Below are positions 26,775-33,947 of a stretch of DNA of 64,000 nucleotides, in pieces. Location: positions 81,284 to 145,283 of IMG/VR virus record IMGVR_UViG_3300032722_000006; one strand, given 5' to 3'. The notes under the pieces were generated by a model that saw only the letters and a program-made list of their open reading frames with translations, did no database searches and was not told the DNA's origin. Both the position numbers and the translations under genes were made by a program. The number at the start of each line of letters is the position of its first letter. Position 1 is the stretch's first letter. Source of the DNA: a virus.

Positions 26775-26851
26775 TGGACCCGGAGGGAGTCGAACCCTCA
26801 ATCACGTAGGTTCCATTGTCGGCTTTCCTATGTGACTCGCCTTTCAGGCCC
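26775..26851 (-). ncRNA. tmRNA tRNA-like-domain-like mini RNA (no ORF region)
   Basis: acceptor GGGCCTG/CGGGTCC with G3:U70, A73; stemless D region; 9-bp P2-like stem; T-arm GAGGG-TTCGACT-CCCTC. Confidence 0.65.
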
Positions 26852-26895
26852 TTTTACGCCGAGTGAAACACAACCGCACTGTGCCATGGCGTTAG

Positions 26896-26968
26896 TGGAA
26901 CTCACGGGATTCGAACCCGTCGCCTCCTGCGTGCAAAGCAGGCGCTCTCCCAAATGAGCTAGAGTCCC
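26896..26968 (-). tRNA. tRNA-Ala(UGC)
   Basis: CCTGC-TTTGCAC-GCAGG; G3:U70. Confidence 0.92.
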
Positions 26969-27003
26969 AAAAGAGGCAGATTGACCGCTGCCTTCCTGGT
27001 ATC

Positions 27004-27759
27004 TTACTGTAAGCCTGCCTGTTGCGTGATCGTCTGAATCGCCGCTGTTCCCCTGACATTGGACATCCCAAGGTCGATGAGTACAAGCGTGCCGTCGTCT
27101 CTTTTCATCATGTTGCCGGCATGGTAGTCGTGAAAGTCAATGCCAAGTTCCGTGAGAGTCTCGAACAATCCCTTCACACCGTACTTCTTGACTAGGAGGC
27201 TCCACTGTTCGTTTGCGTGTGCGATGAACTTCTGCGCTTCAGGTGAGGTGAAAGACTTGAACTTCTTCTTTGCAGTTTCCTTGATGTGTTCCTTCGTGAG
27301 TTCCTTGACCTTGTCCCAGGAGCCTCCTGCACGTTTGACCCAAAGCGGAAATGCTGTCGTCACAAGTGCGTCATTAAACGATTTGCCTTCTTCTGCGCTG
27401 ATAGTTTGCAACTTTTCTTGCAGGATCGCGAATGTACCCGTGTCGCCTAGGCTCCATACGCCGTAAAAATTCACAACTCCGCTGACGTTCTTTCCCACGA
27501 GGATTGATGCTGCGTGCGCTTCTTTGCCGTCGTTCGTGACCTTGAGAACCTTGTCGCCTACCTCGAAAACTGTACCCCGCGTGCCCGTACCGATCGGTTG
27601 TAATGAATCAACGTCCTTGATTCCTAGTTTCGCCGCACCTTTCGGAAAGCGTTTGAGAAGTTCTTTCGCCTCATCGGGCGTCACGGGCTTGTTTTCCTTC
27701 GCCTCGAAAATGAGTGCCTCACGCACGAGTCGACGAAGACGTCCTAGCTTGATTCTCAT
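27004..27759 (-). CDS. protein kinase-like fold enzyme, late-motif class
   Basis: IGTGTRGTVF, VLKV, E, HDYHAGNMM, LIDLG; ATACTTA-N5-ATG. Confidence 0.85.
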   Translation of the reverse strand: MRIKLGRLRRLVREALIFEAKENKPVTPDEAKELLKRFPKGAAKLGIKDVDSLQPIGTGTRGTVFEVGDKVLKVTNDGKEAHAASILVGKNVSGVVNFYGVWSLGDTGTFAILQEKLQTISAEEGKSFNDALVTTAFPLWVKRAGGSWDKVKELTKEHIKETAKKKFKSFTSPEAQKFIAHANEQWSLLVKKYGVKGLFETLTELGIDFHDYHAGNMMKRDDGTLVLIDLGMSNVRGTAAIQTITQQAGLQ

Positions 27760-27780
27760 TGCTGTAAGTATGCCCTTCTT

Positions 27781-27857
27781 TGGAAGCGGAGGTCGGATTT
27801 GAACCGACGACTTCGAGGTTATGGGCCTCGCGAGCTACCTGGCTGCTCTACTCCGCA
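27781..27857 (-). tRNA. initiator-like tRNA-fMet(CAU), C33, CCA encoded
   Basis: 1:72 mismatch, GAGCAGCCAGGTAGCTC D-arm, CGAGG-CCCATAA-CCTCG. Confidence 0.85.
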
Positions 27858-27858
27858 G

Positions 27859-27931
27859 TGAATCCAGAGGGAGTTGAACCCTCAACCCTCGGGGTAAAAG
27901 CCCGCTGCGCTGCCAATTGCGCCATGGATTC
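27859..27931 (-). tRNA. tRNA-Lys(UUU)
   Basis: CGGG-CTTTTAC-CCCG. Confidence 0.88.
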
Positions 27932-27932
27932 A

Positions 27933-28310
27933 TTATCGATATTTGCCGGCATATTTCTTCATAGTCTTAGCGCGTTTACTGTTCACCACTTTACCGATAT
28001 TGCGACCACGATATGTTGATGTTTGCGCATGGCAATTTGGACAGATGAGTCTGAGATTTTCTTTTGCTTGGTTCTCAGGATTCCCATCAATGTGATCAAT
28101 TTCGATTGGGATGGGTCTATTCAACCAAATTGACGTGTTACACACTTCACATTTGTGTCCTCTTTCTTCAAGAAGACATCTTTTCTTAATACGGATGTCG
28201 TCTGTTCCTTCGAACGTCTTGCGATATTTCTCAGGAAAGTGTGCTCGTCGATGACCACCCAACGCCCCGGGAGTTTCAAACTCCTGTAAACATGTCTTAC
28301 ACACATACAT
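27933..28310 (-). CDS. HNH endonuclease with C2H2-like N-terminus
   Basis: CEVC, EIDHIDGN..N...NLRLICPNCH. Confidence 0.9.
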   Translation of the reverse strand: MYVCKTCLQEFETPGALGGHRRAHFPEKYRKTFEGTDDIRIKKRCLLEERGHKCEVCNTSIWLNRPIPIEIDHIDGNPENQAKENLRLICPNCHAQTSTYRGRNIGKVVNSKRAKTMKKYAGKYR

Positions 28311-28333
28311 GCTAGATAGTACCCCACCCGTTG

Positions 28334-28403
28334 AGCCCAAGGTTGGAGTTGAACCAGCGACCTCCCAGTGGATACCGGGCGCTCTGCACTGAGCTACGTG
28401 GGC
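28334..28403 (-). tRNA. atypical tRNA-like gene (6-nt anticodon loop)
   Basis: CCCGG-TATCCA-CTGGG; D-loop lacks GG. Confidence 0.55.
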
Positions 28404-28405
28404 AG

Positions 28406-28479
28406 TTGCAAAGGAAGGGCTTTAACCTCCGACCTCCGGGCCATTACGCCCGGCGCTCTCTCTCCTGAGCTACTTCGCA
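28406..28479 (-). tRNA. atypical tRNA-like gene (8-nt anticodon loop)
   Basis: CCGGG-CGTAATGG-CCCGG; T-loop TTAAAGC. Confidence 0.55.
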
Positions 28480-28480
28480 G

Positions 28481-28553
28481 TGGGAAGGGAACGGATTGAA
28501 CGTCCGACCTGCGGGCTAAATGCCCGCTGCTCTTTCTCCTGAGCTACCTCCCC
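28481..28553 (-). tRNA. atypical tRNA-like gene (UUU, A33)
   Basis: GCGGG-CATTTAG-CCCGC. Confidence 0.55.
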
Positions 28554-28560
28554 ATAATCA

Positions 28561-28628
28561 TCGATGATTTCACCTCCGCCGGCAGCTTCAAAGGCTGACA
28601 GTGTCGCTTGCGCTGGTTACTTGATCGA
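28561..28628 (-). ncRNA. AGUA/GAA-clamp RNA, copy E
   Basis: TCGATca-AGTAACC...CAGC-CTTTGAA-GCTG...AGGTGAAA-tcATCGA. Confidence 0.6.
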
Positions 28629-28631
28629 CTG

Positions 28632-28706
28632 TGCCTCCGGTGGGATTCGAACCCGCAACTTTCGGTGTAAGAGACCGCTACTCTAATCCAGTTGAGTTAC
28701 GAAGGC
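28632..28706 (-). tRNA. tRNA-Lys(CUU)
   Basis: CGGT-CTCTTAC-ACCG. Confidence 0.9.
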
Positions 28707-28840
28707 ATTGCGAGCGTTTTTGTCGTGGGGCGCTCGCCCACGGGTGAATTCCGCTGTGAGTTTGTTGGGTTCACCATTCCCGGTGCTCACATGCTAATGA
28801 CGCTGGATGGGCCCGCGATTGCAGACACTACCAACGTCGG

Positions 28841-28913
28841 CTGCTCATATGGGAATCGAACCCATCGTCTTCCGCTTAACAGGCGGCCGCTGCACCAAGC
28901 CAGCTAATGAGCA
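28841..28913 (-). tRNA. tRNA-Asn(GUU)
   Basis: CCGC-CTGTTAA-GCGG; G73. Confidence 0.88.
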
Positions 28914-28990
28914 ATGAAAGTTTTTGGCGGGACCTCAGATCAAACGCTCAGATGAATACCACCCATGTTGCGATTCATCCTCAGTCCCTG

Positions 28991-29063
28991 CTGGCACAGT
29001 AGGTTTCGAACCTACATCCTCTCGGTTAACAGCCGAGCGCACTGCCAATTGTGCTACATGCCA
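28991..29063 (-). tRNA. tRNA-Asn(GUU), second copy
   Basis: CTCGG-CTGTTAA-CCGAG. Confidence 0.9.
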
Positions 29064-29090
29064 ATGAGCCGATACGCTTTCTTGTATCGG

Positions 29091-29162
29091 TGCCCCCGGG
29101 GATGGGTTCGGGCCATCGTCTCCGCCACAAAGAGGCGGGCTCTGCACTGAGCTACCCAGGGA
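29091..29162 (-). tRNA. atypical tRNA-like gene (UUU, C33/G37)
   Basis: CCGCC-TCTTTGT-GGCGG; T-loop CCCGAAC. Confidence 0.5.
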
Positions 29163-29166
29163 TATC

Positions 29167-29189
29167 GGAACGCAAGTTGTCAATGAACG
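29167..29189 (-). promoter_or_regulatory. boxA-like 23-bp repeat, copy 2
   Basis: identical to 9044-9066. Confidence 0.6.
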
Positions 29190-29210
29190 TGAAGGACTAT
29201 GCCTTCGCGG

Positions 29211-29291
29211 TGCAGGGGGCCGGATTCGAACCGACACAGTACTAAACGGGTGGTTTACAGCCACTTGAGCTCGCCGATGCTCAGCCCCTAC
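29211..29291 (-). tRNA. tRNA-Tyr(GUA)
   Basis: GTGG-CTGTAAA-CCAC, long variable arm. Confidence 0.88.
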
Positions 29292-29306
29292 ATGTGTGTT
29301 TAAACG

Positions 29307-29338
29307 AAAAAACCGAGAGAAGATCCTTTCTTCCTCGG
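29307..29338 (-). terminator. intrinsic terminator/attenuator upstream of tRNA array
   Basis: CCGAGGAAGA-aagga-TCTTCTCTCGG-TTTTTT. Confidence 0.75.
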
Positions 29339-29402
29339 CGTCGAATTGGCTTCTATTCCCAACTCATTCGCTCCGGAAGCTCGGAGCGAGAGTGCGCTCC
29401 GT

Positions 29403-29474
29403 TCACGTATCCGTATTTGCGGCGGCATACTGCCACTGCTTTTGCTGATCCTTGTTATATGTTGAAGTTTTCAT
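29403..29474 (-). CDS. putative 23-aa leader peptide
   Basis: MKTSTYNKDQQKQWQYAAANTDT followed by alternative hairpins and terminator. Confidence 0.5.
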   Translation of the reverse strand: MKTSTYNKDQQKQWQYAAANTDT

Positions 29475-29548
29475 GACCGTGTGGTGCGTGTTGCTTACTA
29501 GTACTCTATCCAAGACCTGTGCTTTGTTTCACAGTTTTTTCAATTTTG

Positions 29549-29622
29549 TCGGTACGAGTGGAATTGAACCACCGACCTCCTGCTTATCAGGCAGGCGCTC
29601 TAGACCCCTGAGCTACGTACCG
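29549..29622 (-). tRNA. tRNA-Ile(GAU)
   Basis: CCTGC-CTGATAA-GCAGG. Confidence 0.92.
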
Positions 29623-29730
29623 CTGCACTAACAAGAGTAACTATACTGCTGTAGCCCACTCACGTACACTTTTGTTTTGCACTGTGACGTTGGTGGTTCG
29701 CGTGTATGTTACATAGTGATCAGACAACCG

Positions 29731-31005
29731 ATGAATGCGCCCGCGATCCACGTGCACACCGTGTCAGACCGTTCGACCGTCAAGTACGTACAGTTCATGT
29801 GGGATACGATGCGTAACCTGGCGACTCGCCCTGACGATCTTAGGTTGACTGTGCATTGCCTAGGAAACATCGTCAACGCGTTCGGTGAACTGAAGAACGG
29901 ACGCTGCGTCATCGTCAACATCAACAAGGACAATGAAACAGGATCGAACGCGCATGCCGCCGGCGTTGCTGACGCGATCAGGCAAACAAACGACGGCGCG
30001 ATTCACATCATAGCCGACTCTGACACCGTCGTTGTCGTGAAAGGTTGGGACGACTACGTCAGGTGTAAGCTCATCGATGAAAAGATCGGGATTGTCGGCG
30101 TGACGTATGAGGACGTCGGCGGCTTCAGCTCGGGCGACAAGAGAACGCAAACGTACAAAGGCATACCGAACGTCGTCTGGTGCGCACTATCGCCTAGGCA
30201 CAGTTGGTCAGGATTGTCCGTGATGCCTGCGAAGCACAAGACTTTCCAGATCAGCAATGATCGTATGTCAAAGATCTACAACCTACCAATCGGGTACGAC
30301 CTGTTGCGCGATGTTGCATGGCAGATCCCGCAGTACCTTGCCGACAACAACATCACGTACGTCGGCTGGAAACACCTGAAGGGATCACGCGGTGGGAAGG
30401 TCCTTGCGAAGGACATCAGCGATTACAGTGAAGAATTTCATGTCGATGATGGAATCCCGTTCGTCGTCCACCAGCGCGGAAGCCTCAGGAACGGCTACCG
30501 TGACAATGGAGTCTCCAAGAACTTTTACGATCGCGTGGATGCGCACCTGAACGTTGAAAGTGCTGCGCCACCGAGATGGACGTGGAATGGAATGTACGAG
30601 GTCGTCACGCCATCGCCTGCGATTGTGTCGGTCGATCCGATCATACCTGACGATCCCACTGCGTCGTCGGGGGACGGTGGCAATTGCCCAGCGGGCGAAT
30701 GGATCAAGGCAACATTTGATGGGACTATCGTGTGGCCCAAGCAAAGGACGCCGGCCCCTAAGACGCTTGACGTCAAGTTCTTACCCGATCATGGGATCAA
30801 GAGCCTGAGGCTCGAAGGGACGACGAAAGATCTGTTCGTTGCAGTCCCTCCGCTGAACGGGTACGCTCACGCGATGACGATCAGGAACATGACAGCGGGC
30901 GTCGTGACTGTCAAAACGTCAGAAGGCGATCGCACCGTCGCAGTGCCCAAGGACGCGTGTTGGATGTTGCTCGTTGATATTGACGGCGTCGTGCACGTTA
31001 CGTAG
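29731..31005 (+). CDS. GT-A-like glycosyltransferase with C-terminal beta-rich domain
   Basis: GS.AHA.G, IIADSD (DxD), GWD, RDV.W. Confidence 0.6.
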   Translation: MNAPAIHVHTVSDRSTVKYVQFMWDTMRNLATRPDDLRLTVHCLGNIVNAFGELKNGRCVIVNINKDNETGSNAHAAGVADAIRQTNDGAIHIIADSDTVVVVKGWDDYVRCKLIDEKIGIVGVTYEDVGGFSSGDKRTQTYKGIPNVVWCALSPRHSWSGLSVMPAKHKTFQISNDRMSKIYNLPIGYDLLRDVAWQIPQYLADNNITYVGWKHLKGSRGGKVLAKDISDYSEEFHVDDGIPFVVHQRGSLRNGYRDNGVSKNFYDRVDAHLNVESAAPPRWTWNGMYEVVTPSPAIVSVDPIIPDDPTASSGDGGNCPAGEWIKATFDGTIVWPKQRTPAPKTLDVKFLPDHGIKSLRLEGTTKDLFVAVPPLNGYAHAMTIRNMTAGVVTVKTSEGDRTVAVPKDACWMLLVDIDGVVHVT

Positions 31006-31357
31006 ACCTCGGACATCTCCGCATGACGATGAACGCTCCGATCGCAGCGATGAGTATGAGCGCCTGCTCGACGTACGTCACCTGCCTGTTCGATGGGATG
31101 AACCCGAAGACGTAACGAGCGAACTTGACTGTAAACCACTCGTTGTCCCACGTCCCACCGGCCCACCTCGCCATGCGTGTCAGGATGCACTCTCCCAGGA
31201 TGTAGTGTGACACGCGGTTGACGACGATGAACGACACGACGTAGATCGCAGACCATGTCGAGAGAACGCGCCACCTGTGCCAGAACATGAACGGGAAGGA
31301 CGCGACCCATGCGACCATCAGCAACGCGTGGATGAACTCAATGATCGTCGTCATCAT
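30998..31357 (-). CDS. membrane protein (DUF2784-like)
   Basis: H in TM1, GECILT motif. Confidence 0.6.
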   Translation of the reverse strand: MMTTIIEFIHALLMVAWVASFPFMFWHRWRVLSTWSAIYVVSFIVVNRVSHYILGECILTRMARWAGGTWDNEWFTVKFARYVFGFIPSNRQVTYVEQALILIAAIGAFIVMRRCPRST

Positions 31358-31652
31358 CGAGTACAATGTGAAACAGGTCGACATGTTGATGCGTGCCGAA
31401 CGTAGTAGTGGCGTCCTTCGCAGTCCACATCACGTGTACGGTTGATTTCTTCACGTCTGTACCCGGCATGAACATCTCGAACCTCTCTTCCACGCCTATG
31501 ACGATGCCGATGCGTCCACTTCTACGAACGGAGAAGTTCCTCAATTCAACGAGGTCACCAGGCGCAAAGTTCTCGTCCCATTCCTTGCTGATGCGTATGA
31601 TCTGCTTTTGCGTGAGAACAGGCTCGACGGTTGATCCGGACTTGAACATCAT
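31338..31652 (-). CDS. hypothetical protein (SH3/KOW-like)
   Basis: PGDLVEL...GIVIGV. Confidence 0.55.
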   Translation of the reverse strand: MMFKSGSTVEPVLTQKQIIRISKEWDENFAPGDLVELRNFSVRRSGRIGIVIGVEERFEMFMPGTDVKKSTVHVMWTAKDATTTFGTHQHVDLFHIVLDDDDDH

Positions 31653-31984
31653 TTCCCGACGCTACGCAGGGCCCTTGCGATCGCTCTGCACTCCGCCATC
31701 TTTGAGTACCACATATCATCGAGCTTCTTCGTCAGTAGATGAAAGATTGATTCATCAGCGTTATCACCCCAAGCACACCAGTACCCTTCAAGAGAGCCGC
31801 AATTAACGAGGTAGGATACCCCACGAGCATTTTTGCAGCACTCTCCTCGGTCAGGGTGTGCCTCGCAGGAGCCTTCTACCTTACAACTGGAAACAAGCGT
31901 GTCATTCCTCGACCAGGCGCAGTCGATCTCCGTGAGCAACGTCGCGATCCTGTCAACGTAGTTCGCAGGAGGCAGTTCGTTCAT
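31649..31984 (-). CDS. hypothetical protein
   Basis: leaderless promoter upstream. Confidence 0.55.
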   Translation of the reverse strand: MNELPPANYVDRIATLLTEIDCAWSRNDTLVSSCKVEGSCEAHPDRGECCKNARGVSYLVNCGSLEGYWCAWGDNADESIFHLLTKKLDDMWYSKMAECRAIARALRSVGK

Positions 31985-31999
31985 GGTCGTACAGTACCA

Positions 32000-32401
32000 T
32001 CAGCGTGCCTGGACTTGCACCTCTCGCCAACGTGTCGACCGCTTCTCCTGAAGTGCACGTATCACTTCGTCCGCGCGACCGCCCTTCCCAGCGTGACGAT
32101 CATGGCGGATGCCCTTTTCATTGTTGCACCTGCTGCAAGCCAGCGCAAGATTGTGAGGATCGGTGGGATCACCTCCGTCGCATAACGGTGCGATGTGCTC
32201 GATCGTTGACTCTGTTGAACCTTGCATCGTCACGTAGAGATGTGTCTCACAGTGGATACAGCGTCCCATCCAACCAATCTGACTTCTTAGAGACAGACGA
32301 TGTGCAAACTCTTCTTGCGTCGGACGTCCGACGACGGGAGAGAATGTGTTGTCAGTGGCGACGATCGACAGGACTACCTCAGCTCTCTTGTTTTTGTTCA
32401 T
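32000..32401 (-). CDS. HNH endonuclease-domain protein
   Basis: CIHC, TIEHIAP...GG...NLALACSRCNNEKG. Confidence 0.85.
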   Translation of the reverse strand: MNKNKRAEVVLSIVATDNTFSPVVGRPTQEEFAHRLSLRSQIGWMGRCIHCETHLYVTMQGSTESTIEHIAPLCDGGDPTDPHNLALACSRCNNEKGIRHDRHAGKGGRADEVIRALQEKRSTRWREVQVQAR

Positions 32402-33032
32402 ACTTAATTTCACCGTTGATAACAACACGCTTACAACCTTTATTACCGGGAGAACGACCCTTACTAGCGAGCGATATCTTTGACCGTGTGACATCACTCA
32501 TTCGTTTTCCCCTGTGAGAAAGGGACATTTTCATCTTTGTTTCATCTGATAATGGGTGTGCATCAAATGTAGCCTTGACCGCAGCTGACAATTTTGCTTT
32601 GTGTGTATCAGATTTTGCCTTTCCTTTGAAAGAGGCAGACATTCTTGCACGAGTTTCTATTGATAGATGACATCCTGCAGTGCCTTCGCCACCATGAGTG
32701 AAGTTACACCCGATGTCGTTGTCATCATCATGTGAATGGTTCGTCGAAAACGTCTTCATCAACGTGATATTCTCAATCTCCCAAGTACATGCCGCTACGT
32801 CAGCAGGACATCTTTCGCCAGAAAGATGTTTATGTTCATTGCACATAAATGATATGCATTCCTCAACACGAAGTCCAAGTCGTTTGACGATTGCATGCCA
32901 CTTGTGATTACGTTTATGTAAACTTCTAGAACGACCTTCAAGTCCCTTACCCACATTGAAGCAGCGAGAAGGTTCTTCAAGAGACCAATGTTTGTAACCA
33001 TAGAACGTCTTTGCGCTAGCGCGTTCACTCAT
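32379..33032 (-). CDS. GIY-YIG-like/NUMOD3 homing endonuclease
   Basis: FYGY.H, FNVGKG..R, N.T.GGEG, repeated S.ET+.KMS; AT-rich. Confidence 0.75.
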   Translation of the reverse strand: MSERASAKTFYGYKHWSLEEPSRCFNVGKGLEGRSRSLHKRNHKWHAIVKRLGLRVEECISFMCNEHKHLSGERCPADVAACTWEIENITLMKTFSTNHSHDDDNDIGCNFTHGGEGTAGCHLSIETRARMSASFKGKAKSDTHKAKLSAAVKATFDAHPLSDETKMKMSLSHRGKRMSDVTRSKISLASKGRSPGNKGCKRVVINGEIKYEQKQES

Positions 33033-33050
33033 AATCAATTCTACAGTTCG

Positions 33051-33935
33051 TTACAAGGATTGTTCACTTGCATCATCAGAGTTTTCTTCTCCCTCTTCTC
33101 CTTCGACGCCCTCGCCTTCTTCGCCTTCTTCCCCATCGCCCGATCCTACATCACTTGCCGGCGCCTTTGCACTTGGCCCCAACATCGTTGATGTATCGCC
33201 TCCACCAGAGAGTTGCCAAATTTCGGGCGCTCTGCGAGATGCATTTCCTTCCTCACCGTTTACCGCAGGATGCGACGTTGAATCCCTGCGATCGGGTGGG
33301 TGAAAGCCCAAGCGTGACGCAGGATCCTCAGTGCGGAACGGATCGCCTGCCGTCCCCTTCTGTTGCCCGGGCGACTTGTACCACGTAGCGGACAAGTCGT
33401 CAGTGCCCGTGTGATCCTTGACAGGGTCATAATTCGTGTAGAAACCCTTCGGGTCCTTCGTGGGATCCACCATGCCCGCTCCGGCAGGGTATTCCTGAAG
33501 CATGTATCGTTTGATCTCACGGTTGAGCATCGTTGCTTCCTGGACGTCCTTCATCACCTCGTTGTCAGGCGGGTCGCCCAGAGACAATTTTTCATCGTCA
33601 CCACGCAAGTGGGCGGAGATCCTGAAGTCATCGCTGTCTGGGTCATTGCGATCCTTCTCTCCATTGCCGAGGTTATCGCCTATGTTGAAGCCGTCAGTCT
33701 CACCGAGAGGTTCTCCCAACCTGGACGCTTCGTCGTCATCGAGGGGCTCTCCCTCGGTCGGATTCCACCTACCGGGAACCCATGCCTCTTCATCGATCGC
33801 AGCACTGTCCGGTAACTCTGATGGAAGATGACCCGGAGTCTGTGCATCATCGTCGCTGCGCGCTGAACTGCTGTTTGCACGAGCAACAAGTTCCTCATTG
33901 ATGAGCCTGCGTAGGTCGCCTAGTCTGATCTTCAC
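33051..33935 (-). CDS. acidic low-complexity protein, late-motif class
   Basis: ATAGTTA-N5-GTG; MKIRLGDLRRLINEE. Confidence 0.7.
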   Translation of the reverse strand: MKIRLGDLRRLINEELVARANSSSARSDDDAQTPGHLPSELPDSAAIDEEAWVPGRWNPTEGEPLDDDEASRLGEPLGETDGFNIGDNLGNGEKDRNDPDSDDFRISAHLRGDDEKLSLGDPPDNEVMKDVQEATMLNREIKRYMLQEYPAGAGMVDPTKDPKGFYTNYDPVKDHTGTDDLSATWYKSPGQQKGTAGDPFRTEDPASRLGFHPPDRRDSTSHPAVNGEEGNASRRAPEIWQLSGGGDTSTMLGPSAKAPASDVGSGDGEEGEEGEGVEGEEGEENSDDASEQSL

Positions 33936-33947
33936 GTGAGTAACTAT

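Noticed and set aside
26970-27003. SRP RNA domain IV
   Set aside because: Only a partial GGAAGGCAGC match with no flanking helix.
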